From: Planctomycetota bacterium
GTDB lineage: Bacteria > Planctomycetota > UBA1135 > UBA2386
Reading direction: 5' to 3'
DNA length: 64,000 nt
Assembly (NCBI GenBank): GCA_965662465.1
Contig: CBFIIO010000008.1
Coordinates: 30,088 to 94,087 of the forward strand
In this document: in pieces, positions 48,644 to 58,083 of the stretch
How the letters are laid out: the number at the start of each line of letters is the position of its first letter
Numbering within the stretch: the first letter of the stretch is position 1
The notes under the pieces: generated by a model
What the model saw: the letters and a program-made list of their open reading frames with translations, nothing else
Databases searched by the model: none
What the model was told of the DNA's origin: nothing
Made by a program: the position numbers and the translations under genes

Positions 48644-50476
48644 ATGCCGACATACATTCTAGGCATTTCCGCCTTCTATCACGACTCCGCAGCAGTTTTG
48701 CTCTGCGATGGCGAGATCGTTGGGGCGGCCCAAGAAGAGCGATTTACGCGCAAGAAGCACGATCCAGCCTTCCCCAAGAAGGCTGTTGAGTTCTGCCTGG
48801 GAGAGGCTGGCATTCGGGCGGAAGACATCGACTTTGTTGCCTTTTATGACAAGCCGATCCTGAAGTTCCATCGATTGCTCGAGACCTACATCGCATTTGC
48901 GCCGGTAGGTCTGCAGTCATTCCGAAAGGCTATTCCTACTTGGCTTGGCGAGAAGCTGCATATGCGGCGGATGCTCACCAAGGAACTCGGATGCAAACCG
49001 AAGAATCGCTACATCTTCCCTGAGCATCACGAGAGCCATGCCGCATCGGCGTTCTTTCCGTCACCTTTTGAAGACGCCGCCATCATTACCATGGACGGTG
49101 TTGGTGAGTGGGCGACGACATCCATTGGAGTCGGGGAAGGCAACCATGTGAAGTTGATCCGCGAGATCCGCTTTCCGCATTCTCTCGGCCTTCTCTATTC
49201 GGCGTTTACCTACTACTGCGGTTTCAAGGTCAACTCTGGCGAATACAAATTGATGGGTTTGGCGCCATATGGCGTGCCCCGGTTTGCGGACTTGATTCGC
49301 AAGCATTTGATCGACCTGCGAGAAGACGGCAGCTATCGATTGGACCTGAGCTACTTCAATTACTGCCAGGGTCTGACGATGACGAACGCGAAGTTTGATG
49401 CACTGTTTGGTGCACCTCCTCGTGCCGGCGAGACAGACCTCGGCCAACGTCACATGGACCTTGCTGCGTCGATCCAAGAAGTGACCGAGGAAGTTATGCT
49501 GAAGACTGCGCGCTACGCGCAGGAAGTCACTGGCAAGAAGAACCTCTGCCTTGCTGGCGGTGTTGCACTGAACTGCGTTGGCAACGGCAAGATTCTGCGC
49601 GAAGGACCGTTTGAAAAGATTTGGATCCAACCGGCTGCTGGCGATGCTGGCGGAGCGTTGGGTGCTGCACAGATGGTTTGGCATAACCTGCTCAACAAGC
49701 CGCGCACCGTGCACCCCGCTGATTCACAGCGTGGCAGTTTGCTAGGTCCAAGTTATGAATCGGCGGAGATCAAGTCGTTCCTAGATTCGGAGAACGTCGT
49801 ATATGAAGAATGCGACAGTGAAGAGAAGCTCTCTGATCGAGTGGCCGAACTAATCAGCGAAGAAAACGTGATTGGCTGGTTCCAAGGTCCGATGGAGTTT
49901 GGTCCTAGAGCACTTGGTTCACGCAGCATCATTGGTGATGCACGTTCGCCGAAGATGCAGAGCGTGATGAACTTGAAGATCAAGTTCCGCGAGTCGTTTC
50001 GTCCGTTTGCTCCGATCGTTCTGCGCGAGCACGCATCGGAGTACTTCGACATCGATCCACAGCACGATAGCCCTTACATGTTGATCGTCGCGCCAGTGCG
50101 TGACGACAAGCGTTTAGAAGTCGAACCTGGTCTGGAAGGCTTAGATAAGCTCAAGCAGTTGCGCTCCGTCATTCCTGCCGTAACGCACGTTGACAACTCG
50201 GCGCGGTTACAAACTGTCGATGGAGAGCACAACCCGCGTCTAGCTGGGATGATGAGGAGCTTCTACAAGCGAACTGGCAGCCCAGTCTTGATCAATACGA
50301 GTTTCAATGTGCGTGGCGAGCCGATCGTCTGCACACCAAATGACGCATTACGATGCTTCATGGGCACAGATATGGATGTTCTTGTGCTTGAGAATTTTGT
50401 CATTCGGCGTGTTGCACAAAAGAACATGCCCGAGGTCGACCGCGAGCAATACCTTGCCGCCTTCGCTCTGGATTAA
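48644..50476 (+). CDS. Carbamoyltransferase (NodU/CmcH family)
   Basis: MPTYILGISAFYHDSAAVLL.DGEIVGAAQEERFTRKKHD.. N-terminal ASKHA-like domain. C-terminal ..FRPFAPIVL..., ..PAVTHVDNSARLQTV.., ..INTSFNVRGEPIV... Confidence 0.9.
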   Translation: MPTYILGISAFYHDSAAVLLCDGEIVGAAQEERFTRKKHDPAFPKKAVEFCLGEAGIRAEDIDFVAFYDKPILKFHRLLETYIAFAPVGLQSFRKAIPTWLGEKLHMRRMLTKELGCKPKNRYIFPEHHESHAASAFFPSPFEDAAIITMDGVGEWATTSIGVGEGNHVKLIREIRFPHSLGLLYSAFTYYCGFKVNSGEYKLMGLAPYGVPRFADLIRKHLIDLREDGSYRLDLSYFNYCQGLTMTNAKFDALFGAPPRAGETDLGQRHMDLAASIQEVTEEVMLKTARYAQEVTGKKNLCLAGGVALNCVGNGKILREGPFEKIWIQPAAGDAGGALGAAQMVWHNLLNKPRTVHPADSQRGSLLGPSYESAEIKSFLDSENVVYEECDSEEKLSDRVAELISEENVIGWFQGPMEFGPRALGSRSIIGDARSPKMQSVMNLKIKFRESFRPFAPIVLREHASEYFDIDPQHDSPYMLIVAPVRDDKRLEVEPGLEGLDKLKQLRSVIPAVTHVDNSARLQTVDGEHNPRLAGMMRSFYKRTGSPVLINTSFNVRGEPIVCTPNDALRCFMGTDMDVLVLENFVIRRVAQKNMPEVDREQYLAAFALD

Positions 50477-50481
50477 TCGCC

Positions 50482-50907
50482 ATGATCAAGCTCGACCTCA
50501 ATCCGCCGCCACACATCATCAAGCAATTTGCTTGGTTTGCCGTCATCGGCATGGGGCTGCTGGCTTTCGCAGCACTAAAGCTATCCGTCGGTTTCGTTTG
50601 GGACCATCCGGCTTTTCTCGCATGCATCGGCCTCGGCGTGCTGCAGCTACTGCTGTTCCAAATTGGCGTAACTGGTGTTTCACGCGCCTTGTTTACTGTC
50701 CTGTCCGTAGCGTTTGTCCCAATTGGATTCGTGCTGTCGCACATTCTTTTGGCTGGCGTCTACTACTTGGTCCTAACGCCCATTGCGCTGGTGTTTCGGC
50801 TAGTTGGGCGTGATGTAATCGGGAAGAAACTAGACCCGAATGCGACGAGCTATTGGCATGAGCGAAGTGGCCTGCGGAAGCCTGCTAGCTACTTCAAGCT
50901 ATACTGA
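50482..50907 (+). CDS. SxtJ-like membrane protein
   Basis: 141 aa, about 3-4 TM helices, 5 nt after the carbamoyltransferase stop. This position and size match what I recall as SxtJ family membrane protein. Confidence 0.5.
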   Translation: MIKLDLNPPPHIIKQFAWFAVIGMGLLAFAALKLSVGFVWDHPAFLACIGLGVLQLLLFQIGVTGVSRALFTVLSVAFVPIGFVLSHILLAGVYYLVLTPIALVFRLVGRDVIGKKLDPNATSYWHERSGLRKPASYFKLY

Positions 50908-50929
50908 TCTGACTCCTTCTTGAGGTAAC

Positions 50930-51148
50930 ATGACCGAACAATCTTCCGACGATCAGAATGAGGCTAACGACGAGTTCCTCAACGCAGCTCAGGACTCAGA
51001 GCGTGGTTTAGTCTCCGAGTTCATCATGTTCATGGCGGAGAATAAGATGTGGTGGTTGACGCCAATCTTGGTGGTCTTCGGCTTACTTGGTGTGCTTTTG
51101 GTGCTTGGCGCAACCGGTGTTGCTCCGTTTATCTACACGCTCTTCTAA
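50930..51148 (+). CDS. DUF5989-like small membrane protein
   Basis: 72 aa ending ..NKMWWLTPILVVFGLLGVLLVLGATGVAPFIYTLF. That is the characteristic C-terminal motif of DUF5989 as I recall it. Confidence 0.55.
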   Translation: MTEQSSDDQNEANDEFLNAAQDSERGLVSEFIMFMAENKMWWLTPILVVFGLLGVLLVLGATGVAPFIYTLF

Positions 51149-51157
51149 CTGTCGCGC

Positions 51158-51176
51158 CTAGCTTCGTAAGCTAGGG
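51158..51176 (+). terminator. Hairpin downstream of the DUF5989 gene (possible terminator)
   Basis: CCTAGCTT-cgt-AAGCTAGG, 10 nt after the stop. The downstream sequence is only weakly T-rich. Confidence 0.3.
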
Positions 51177-51487
51177 ATGCGTTTGTAAGAATCGAGCTCT
51201 CTGCAGACGCCCATCTGCAAGCTGTCTGTAGGCGTTGGTAGGCACGAAGCCGTCGTATCGATGGCGCTGGGTCATTCACGATAGACCAGGCCATTGCTTA
51301 TGGTCAATCGGTCGTCGGGGTTGGGTTTGACCCTGGATGTTATCCACGCTGCGCAACTTCTCTGGCTGTCGGCGCGCGGGCAGTGAGACGCTTGCGGTCT
51401 CGAATTGCGACGACGTGTTTGCCATCGGTACGGATTGTCTGAAATCACGCCGATATTAAGCGCAACACACAACGAGGAGAAACCACC

Positions 51488-52342
51488 ATGCGAGATCAAG
51501 GTCTCGATACCTACTTAGCAACCATCAACGAAGTTGCGTTGTTGACGCCAGAGCAGGAAATCGAATTGTCGCAGCGCGTTCAGCGCGGCGATCTAGAAGC
51601 ACGAGAACACATGATCAGGGCGAACTTGCGTCTGGTCGTGTCTATTGCCAAGAACTACGTCAACCGTGGCCTAGCGTTCATGGACCTCATTGAGGAGGGC
51701 AACATTGGACTGATGAAGGCGGTTGAGAAGTTCGATCACAATGCAGGTTGTCGATTCTCAACGTATGCAACTTGGTGGATTAAGCAGGGCATTAGGCGTT
51801 CGCTCGTCAATACGGTCAAGACAGTCCGAGTGCCGTCGTACATGTCAGAAATTGTCTCGCGCTGGAAGGCAACTGCGATGGAGTTGACGTATCGATTAGG
51901 TCGACAGGCAACGACTGGTGAGATTGCAGAAGAGCTTGATCTACCAGAAAACAACTGGGATGTGGTGCGCGATACTGTGCACTCAAACTCACAACCGGTG
52001 CACTCGATGAACGAGGATGGTGTGGCTGGCTATGCGGATGTTATCGAGGACACGCGGTCACGCTCGCCAGAGGATCAGATCCTTGAGGCCATTGAAATTG
52101 GGCGCATGCATGAGCTGATCGACAAGCTTGACACGCGCGAAGCCCGTATTTTGCGGCTTCGGTTTGGATTGGGTAATGGCGATCCTATGACGCTGAAAGC
52201 TATTGGTAAGCGGTATGGCTTGACCCGAGAACGGGTCCGTCAGATGGAGCAAAAAGCGATTGGCAAGCTCGGTGATGTCATGTCACGCGAGTTTGGCGAA
52301 GAGCGTCAAGTGCCAGCTGAGAAGCGCAAGTCCGTAAGTTAG
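51488..52342 (+). CDS. Sigma-70 family RNA polymerase sigma factor (RpoD/RpoS-like, regions 1.2-4)
   Basis: ..MIRANLRLVVSIAKNY.., ..DLIEEGNIGLMKAVEKFD.., ..STYATWWIKQGIRR.., and region 4 ..TLKAIGKRYGLTRERVRQMEQKAIGKL... Confidence 0.85.
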   Translation: MRDQGLDTYLATINEVALLTPEQEIELSQRVQRGDLEAREHMIRANLRLVVSIAKNYVNRGLAFMDLIEEGNIGLMKAVEKFDHNAGCRFSTYATWWIKQGIRRSLVNTVKTVRVPSYMSEIVSRWKATAMELTYRLGRQATTGEIAEELDLPENNWDVVRDTVHSNSQPVHSMNEDGVAGYADVIEDTRSRSPEDQILEAIEIGRMHELIDKLDTREARILRLRFGLGNGDPMTLKAIGKRYGLTRERVRQMEQKAIGKLGDVMSREFGEERQVPAEKRKSVS

Positions 52343-52444
52343 GCGAGCTGCAAACGTGACTCTGGTGTCGCAACCATCAACTCGGCATTAAGTGGGTGGT
52401 GGTTTGCGTCGGGTACCAGAGGCAACTCACGGTAGCGTAATGCC

Positions 52445-53617
52445 GTGGTCAATGACGAGCAGCTGGCAGATGGTTCTGGGACGTCACTCTATGTTCACGT
52501 GCCCTTCTGCGTCGTGAAGTGCGGCTATTGCGACTTCAACTCCTACGTAGTCGAAGATACTGCTGCTCATGATCGTTTTCTGGATGCGTTAGAAGCAGAG
52601 TTGCACAGGCGCTGGCACGGTCAAAAACCTGTGTCGGTGTTTTTTGGCGGCGGGACTCCCAGTCTATTGTCACCCCAGCGTCTTGAGCGATTGTTCTCTA
52701 TTGTCGCTGCGAGCGTCGACCTGGCGGGCTGCGCGGAGGTTTCGATGGAAGCCAATCCCGAGAGCTTCACTATTGAGAAAGCGCAGATCGCACGCGCCGG
52801 GGGCGTAAATCGCATCAGTATCGGTACGCAGACATTCCACGCGCACCACCTGCGGTTCCTTGATCGCGCTCATGATGCCGAAGGGGCAGAGGCAGCGTTC
52901 GCTGCAGCTCGTGCGGCAGGGTTTGACAATATCAGTATTGATCTGATGTTTGGAATCCCTGGCGAAACGCTTGAGGAGTGGCAGAGCGACTTGGCGCGTG
53001 CGCTGCAACTCGGAACGGATCATCTGTCCTGTTACAATCTGACATTCGAACCAGGGACTCGATTGCAGCGTGATCGTCAGCAGGGCAAGACTGGGCCTAA
53101 TGACCAAGAGCTTGATCGCGCCATGTTCGAGTGGACACGGTCGCGGTTGTCGGATGCGAGTTTTGATGCCTATGAAGTCAGCAACTTCGCGGGCTCGGGT
53201 GGGCCATGTCGACACAACGACCACTACTGGTTGCAGGGTGACTATGTTGGCGTTGGCCCTGGTGCCTGTAGCCATCATAGTGGTGTTCGCGTCACCAACA
53301 TTAAACCGCTTGACCAGTGGGTAGACGCGGCTTTAGCGGGGCTGCCAGCAACGGCGTCGGCAGAGACATTGCGGCCATTGCAGCGCGCTGCCGAGGCTTT
53401 GTGGCTTGGGATTCGGCGGACCAACGGGGTCGACGTCGATGCGATCGAGAGGCGCTTGCAGCTCGATGTCCGTGCAGCGTTTGGACCGTTGTTCGAGCGC
53501 CAGCAGCGTGACCAGATGGTCGCTTACGATGGCTCGTCGCTGCGTTTAGTCGGCGAGGGTTTGCTGCTCGCCGACCAGGTCGGAGGCGACTATCTTTCCG
53601 TCGCCATCAACGATTAG
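52445..53617 (+). CDS. hemW: Radical-SAM heme chaperone HemW (HemN-like, oxygen-independent coproporphyrinogen oxidase family)
   Basis: ..SLYVHVPFCVVKCGYCDFNS.. (CxxxCxxC), ..FFGGGTPS.., ..NRISIGTQTF... 390 aa. Confidence 0.85.
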   Translation: MVNDEQLADGSGTSLYVHVPFCVVKCGYCDFNSYVVEDTAAHDRFLDALEAELHRRWHGQKPVSVFFGGGTPSLLSPQRLERLFSIVAASVDLAGCAEVSMEANPESFTIEKAQIARAGGVNRISIGTQTFHAHHLRFLDRAHDAEGAEAAFAAARAAGFDNISIDLMFGIPGETLEEWQSDLARALQLGTDHLSCYNLTFEPGTRLQRDRQQGKTGPNDQELDRAMFEWTRSRLSDASFDAYEVSNFAGSGGPCRHNDHYWLQGDYVGVGPGACSHHSGVRVTNIKPLDQWVDAALAGLPATASAETLRPLQRAAEALWLGIRRTNGVDVDAIERRLQLDVRAAFGPLFERQQRDQMVAYDGSSLRLVGEGLLLADQVGGDYLSVAIND

Positions 53618-53643
53618 CCCCAACAGAAGTTGAGGCTTGGGAC

Positions 53644-55515
53644 TTAGAAGTCGCCACCGTTCATGATCATGAAGGCGGCGCCTCCCATGGCTCCCAGCGC
53701 GACTGCGATCATGACTGCTTCTGGACCAAACGGGCTAATGGCTACGGTTTCCGTGCCGGCGGCGTCGGTCTTCGTGTAACTGATCGAGCCGAAAAGGTGA
53801 TCCGTCAACGTCTCCGAATCGGGCAGCAAAGACATATCAATTGGCACATCTTCCGGCATCGGAACGAAAGCAAGCACGCCGGTCAGCAGCTGGTAATAGC
53901 TTTCGAAGTTGGCCTTCCAGTCGGTGAACGACAAGCTGGATACTCCCGAAGGAATCATATCGGCAACAGCAGCAAACTCCTTGTTGCCACGGATATCACC
54001 CTTAGGGATGTCTTCGCGATCCATGCGCTTGAAGACGCGCTTGACGTCGCCAGTGGAGAAGCCCATGACCATGTAGCCGTTCTTGAACGCGAACGTTGGC
54101 TGGATCATCTCAAAGATGTTGATGCCCATGTCCTGGCTCATGTCCATGTTGACATTGATTTGGTAGGACTTCACACCCCGTCGCGTGCCTTCCTCGATGT
54201 CGATGGCGCCTTGGGACATTGCGGCCATGTTCTTCATTGCCGAAACGATCTTTTCTTCGCTGTTGACCTTCACAAGCAGCACCATCTCTGGCGCAGCCGA
54301 GATCGTTCCTACTGGCATCGACCAGGTGATGTAGTGGTCACCAAACGAGCCAAAAAGATCCTTCCGTAGCGAGAAGCCGATCTCCTCCTCCATCATCGCC
54401 AACTGGCTTAGTGCTTGCTCAGCGAGTTGTGGGTTGTAGGCCTGCATGCCCTTGACGACCATGTCGTAGAGGCCGGCGATGTCCCAGGTGCTGGCACTGA
54501 AAGACACAGCGTCCTTGGGAACCCACCTAAGAAAGGATGTGTCAATCGTCGCAGGAGCCGCTGCGGTGCCTGTCGATGCAGCGTAGTTGGTTTGGAAGCT
54601 CTTGGTGATGCTCTTGCCGTCTACGTAGCTTGATGCGGATGCCATCGTGCCCAAGCTGCTCATGCCCATTGCTTGCATGGCGCGCTGTAAGCCATCGACG
54701 TCGACCATCTCCATGCCCATGCCCTGATCTGCCATCATGCGCATGGTGGACATTCCAAAGTCCATGATTGGATCTGGTGACATGTAGAACTGAACTTCTG
54801 AGCCCTCTGTGCTAATGCGCTTGGTGGCCTTTTCGAAGCCCGGGGCTGTGGCTAGCACCGGGGTCTTGGCGTTCATGTTGGTAACGATGCTTTTGATGTC
54901 ATCGGTCTGCGTCGCGATCAGGATGCCATTTGGCACCATGGCCAAATTGATGCTCATTCCCAGACCGAGTTCTTCTGGAGGAGCAAGTGTGATCACTTGG
55001 ACTTCGCCGATCTTATAATCGGTGCGGACAACCTCGTCCGCCGCTTCCATTTCAATAATGCCGAGACCCATTTGCATCAGCATGTTCCACGTTGGAGCGG
55101 ATGTTCCAAAGTCCATGTGAGCCACTAGGTTGGCATTTGGAGAGGGGCCGAAGGGCCCTTCGGTCATGCTCATGCCAGTGATTGCGAAGGTGGCCCCGTG
55201 AATGCGGAGCTTCATCAGATCATCAGGACTTACTGGTAGTTGGCCCGCTTCATGCAGATCGCGACCAACGTCCATTTGATCGTCCATCTGCTCCTCGACC
55301 ATTTCCATGATGTCCGCGAAGAAGGTCTGGACCTCTTCTTCGGCCCACATCTTGGCCATCGGCATTTGCTGGAATTCAGCTAGCGACACGGTGATGTCGG
55401 GTGCCGACATTGCCATGATCGTGTCCTTCGGCAGGTATGGAAGGATGCCTTGGGCTGCGACTGGCGCAGACAGCACAGCGATGGCTGTCAGAGAATAGAT
55501 GGAACTCAGCTTCAT
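53644..55515 (-). CDS. Exported methionine-rich protein of unknown function with a C-terminal hydrophobic segment
   Basis: Signal peptide ..AVLSAPVAAQG. By my hand count about 57 Met in 623 aa (~9%), in clusters such as FGMSTMRMMADQGMGMEMVD and RAMQAMGMSSLGTM. The C-terminus is ..AVMIAVALGAMGGAAFMIMNGGDF. Confidence 0.6.
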   Translation of the reverse strand: MKLSSIYSLTAIAVLSAPVAAQGILPYLPKDTIMAMSAPDITVSLAEFQQMPMAKMWAEEEVQTFFADIMEMVEEQMDDQMDVGRDLHEAGQLPVSPDDLMKLRIHGATFAITGMSMTEGPFGPSPNANLVAHMDFGTSAPTWNMLMQMGLGIIEMEAADEVVRTDYKIGEVQVITLAPPEELGLGMSINLAMVPNGILIATQTDDIKSIVTNMNAKTPVLATAPGFEKATKRISTEGSEVQFYMSPDPIMDFGMSTMRMMADQGMGMEMVDVDGLQRAMQAMGMSSLGTMASASSYVDGKSITKSFQTNYAASTGTAAAPATIDTSFLRWVPKDAVSFSASTWDIAGLYDMVVKGMQAYNPQLAEQALSQLAMMEEEIGFSLRKDLFGSFGDHYITWSMPVGTISAAPEMVLLVKVNSEEKIVSAMKNMAAMSQGAIDIEEGTRRGVKSYQINVNMDMSQDMGINIFEMIQPTFAFKNGYMVMGFSTGDVKRVFKRMDREDIPKGDIRGNKEFAAVADMIPSGVSSLSFTDWKANFESYYQLLTGVLAFVPMPEDVPIDMSLLPDSETLTDHLFGSISYTKTDAAGTETVAISPFGPEAVMIAVALGAMGGAAFMIMNGGDF

Positions 55516-55647
55516 GGGATTTGGTCTTATTTAAGAATGCGGTCAGTCTTGGCAGCCGAGGCTGCTGAATATCAGTTGGAAAGTGGACGAGTCGACACGA
55601 TTCCTGTCGCAGGAGTGTCGTGCCTGTTATTCCTCAGGCAAGTCTCC

Positions 55648-57009
55648 CTATGGACCTTTGGCGGCCAGTTTCTTTAAGTGCTCTGTGATGCCGTCCTTAT
55701 TGTCGGCTAAGAGCTTTTCTAGCTTGATGATGGCCTTGCCGGCGCTGCCCTTTGCTTTGCCTGACAAAGTGTCGGTCAGGGCAACCATTGCATCCGTAAC
55801 TTCCTGATTGCCGCCACGTGTGGCGTACGACAAGAAGAGGCCTGCTTGGAAGATGTTGAAGGCAATCTGGCTGGATGTCATGTCGCCGTTCAGTGCGAAG
55901 CCACTCATGAAGGACTTCGGGCTGGTCACGCCACCCCGTGCGATATGTGCCTTACTGAAGTGGCCGGCGTCGTAGTCGTTCTCGAAGCGTGAGGTGTAGC
56001 TGCCCACGCTATGGACGAACCAAAGTGGCAGATCGGCGCCAGCTTCTTCGGCGATGGCGTTGATATACGCGATTGCGGCAGCATGGCGAATGTAGCGCAC
56101 GCCCCAGTCTTTGTGGTTCTCGCAGATTGCCGGGCGAATGATGCCCTGGCCCGGAACGTTGAACTCTGCTTCCTCGGAGATAAGGAAGGCCCCAGCAACG
56201 TCGGTGCCGTCGCCAAGGTTGTTGCCGAGGTTGGTGTATTCAGATTGGGTCTTGGCAATGATGATCAGAGGGCGCTTGTCAGGTGTTATGTCGCGGCTAC
56301 CAAATAACGGCGAGACCTTTTCGATCCCCTGCTCAACGTGCATCTTGAGATCCTCGATCTTCTCGATCGGCAGAGTGCTCATGATCTGTGCTGAATCTGT
56401 GCGGATGATCCATGGGCGACCCAGTTCACTGTGGTACTGGTTGGCATCCTTTTGATCACCCCACTTGTCGTTAGCGAGCGGGAAGTAGCCGTTCTGTGCC
56501 TTCTCTAGATCAGCAGCGGCAATCAATTGGCCCGTGACAGGGTGGCGAACTTTGCCTTCTTGTAGCGAAATTTTTTCATTGCGGCTGACCAGCTCCCCCT
56601 CGTGTTTGAAGATACCTTTGCGTGCATCTTTGACTTCGTCGGCAGGCACCCAGACGTCGTCAATCTTCTTGTAGCCCTTGGCGGAATACTCGGTGTCGCG
56701 AGCTTTATCGCGCAGCGCCTTGGCTTTCTTCGCAGGCCACCATTTGCCTGCTACTTCTTCATTGCCGAGTGCTTTGTTGGCGCCCGCGTGATTTTTGTCG
56801 AGTTTGAGGACCTTTTGAAAGACGCGCTTTGCGTCCTTCTTCAGGTTCTTTTCGTTGGCCCATTTTCCGGCCGCAAATAATGCCTCGGGGTCTTTCTTTG
56901 CGGCCGACTCCATCTTCTTCAGCTCTTTCTTGAGCGCAGCAGCACTCTGCGCCGCGATGGGGGTTGCTAGTAGAGCGAGAATTAGTGGGACACTGTTAGA
57001 CAGTTTCAT
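55648..57009 (-). CDS. Exported protein of unknown function
   Basis: Start set at ATG 57009 (MKLSNSVPLILALLATPIAAQS signal peptide). Lys-rich helical N-terminal region, then a globular region. I recognise no motif. Confidence 0.55.
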   Translation of the reverse strand: MKLSNSVPLILALLATPIAAQSAAALKKELKKMESAAKKDPEALFAAGKWANEKNLKKDAKRVFQKVLKLDKNHAGANKALGNEEVAGKWWPAKKAKALRDKARDTEYSAKGYKKIDDVWVPADEVKDARKGIFKHEGELVSRNEKISLQEGKVRHPVTGQLIAAADLEKAQNGYFPLANDKWGDQKDANQYHSELGRPWIIRTDSAQIMSTLPIEKIEDLKMHVEQGIEKVSPLFGSRDITPDKRPLIIIAKTQSEYTNLGNNLGDGTDVAGAFLISEEAEFNVPGQGIIRPAICENHKDWGVRYIRHAAAIAYINAIAEEAGADLPLWFVHSVGSYTSRFENDYDAGHFSKAHIARGGVTSPKSFMSGFALNGDMTSSQIAFNIFQAGLFLSYATRGGNQEVTDAMVALTDTLSGKAKGSAGKAIIKLEKLLADNKDGITEHLKKLAAKGP

Positions 57010-57604
57010 GGTGTTGTCTCGGTAGTGATTGGCGCAAGTTCTAGGTGGCTCGATGTTGCCATCAGCTCGTGGCTTCGTATTCAGGGCGAAGTCAGAGCAG
57101 GAATCCAGGCATGAGTGACGCTGCGCCGATCGGATGACCTTTCTTTCTACAATACTGATAAGGGCAGTCGCGTTGCAGGAATAGATTGGTTCGCATTTGC
57201 GGAACAAGCTGCAAACTGCGCCAGGCACCCAGCGGCTAAGCTCTTTTTGCCGCAATTGATCCAGCAGTCAGGGCTTGTTCACCATTCTCGCTCGATTTGA
57301 TTGGCTGTCTCCCCGGCATTGAGGGCCTTTCGTCAAGTCAACCGGATGGTGGACCAACCAATCGAGGGCTGAGTGGCGCGGGTGGTTCGTGAAACCCTCG
57401 ATGATAGGGGTATGGTGTGAGAATGGTGGAATCCTGGTGAGTCATGCGCTCGTCGTCGTTGCCAGTTCCGTAGCCCGCCGATACACTTTTTTGCCCTCGA
57501 AACGACGATAATTAATCGACACGCTCTCATTAACGAGACTTTGACCAGCGCCTTACATTGCGGTGCTACGTTTTAGTTTTGCTTTACTCCTGAGGGGATC
57601 CCGA

Positions 57605-58024
57605 ATGACCACGAAGACGATCCTGACCGCTGTTCTGCTGACCTATTGCTTGGTAGCCACATCTTGCCAGATAGGCTCTGGGAGCCCTTCAGCGGTAGAT
57701 TCACGCCAATTTAAGGACGTAGTTGTTCCTGCGGGATTCCAACTCCGTGACCGTGAGCACGAGAGTTTTTCCCGAGAGGAGGCGACCTGGCGACACGGTC
57801 GTTTCATCTATTCAGGGCGTGATCAAGTGGAAGCGGCTTCGGCATATGTGCAGCGTCGCATGCCTCAGCACAGCTGGAAGCTGGTGAGCCAAGAGGCCGT
57901 AGATGAGAACGGAGTTCGACTTCGATTCGAGCGAGGCATCTACTCTGCCGATTACATGATTAGTAAACGGGAAGGTTTGACCCAGATGGTGGTCGACTAC
58001 TCAACAGATTATTCCCGTCTCTGA
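57605..58024 (+). CDS. Small lipoprotein of unknown function
   Basis: MTTKTILTAVLLTYCLVATSC lipobox. ATG 57605 is preceded by GAGGGGA. Confidence 0.55.
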   Translation: MTTKTILTAVLLTYCLVATSCQIGSGSPSAVDSRQFKDVVVPAGFQLRDREHESFSREEATWRHGRFIYSGRDQVEAASAYVQRRMPQHSWKLVSQEAVDENGVRLRFERGIYSADYMISKREGLTQMVVDYSTDYSRL

Positions 58025-58083
58025 TACCCAACCCTTCGCGACCGATACTGCGACTTTTAGAACTGAGCCGGTAGAACCGAACA

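Noticed and set aside
53644-53740. The C-terminal GPEA plus hydrophobic segment of the Met-rich protein as a PEP-CTERM sorting signal.
   Set aside because: There is no PEP tripeptide and no basic cluster after the helix, so the motif does not fit.
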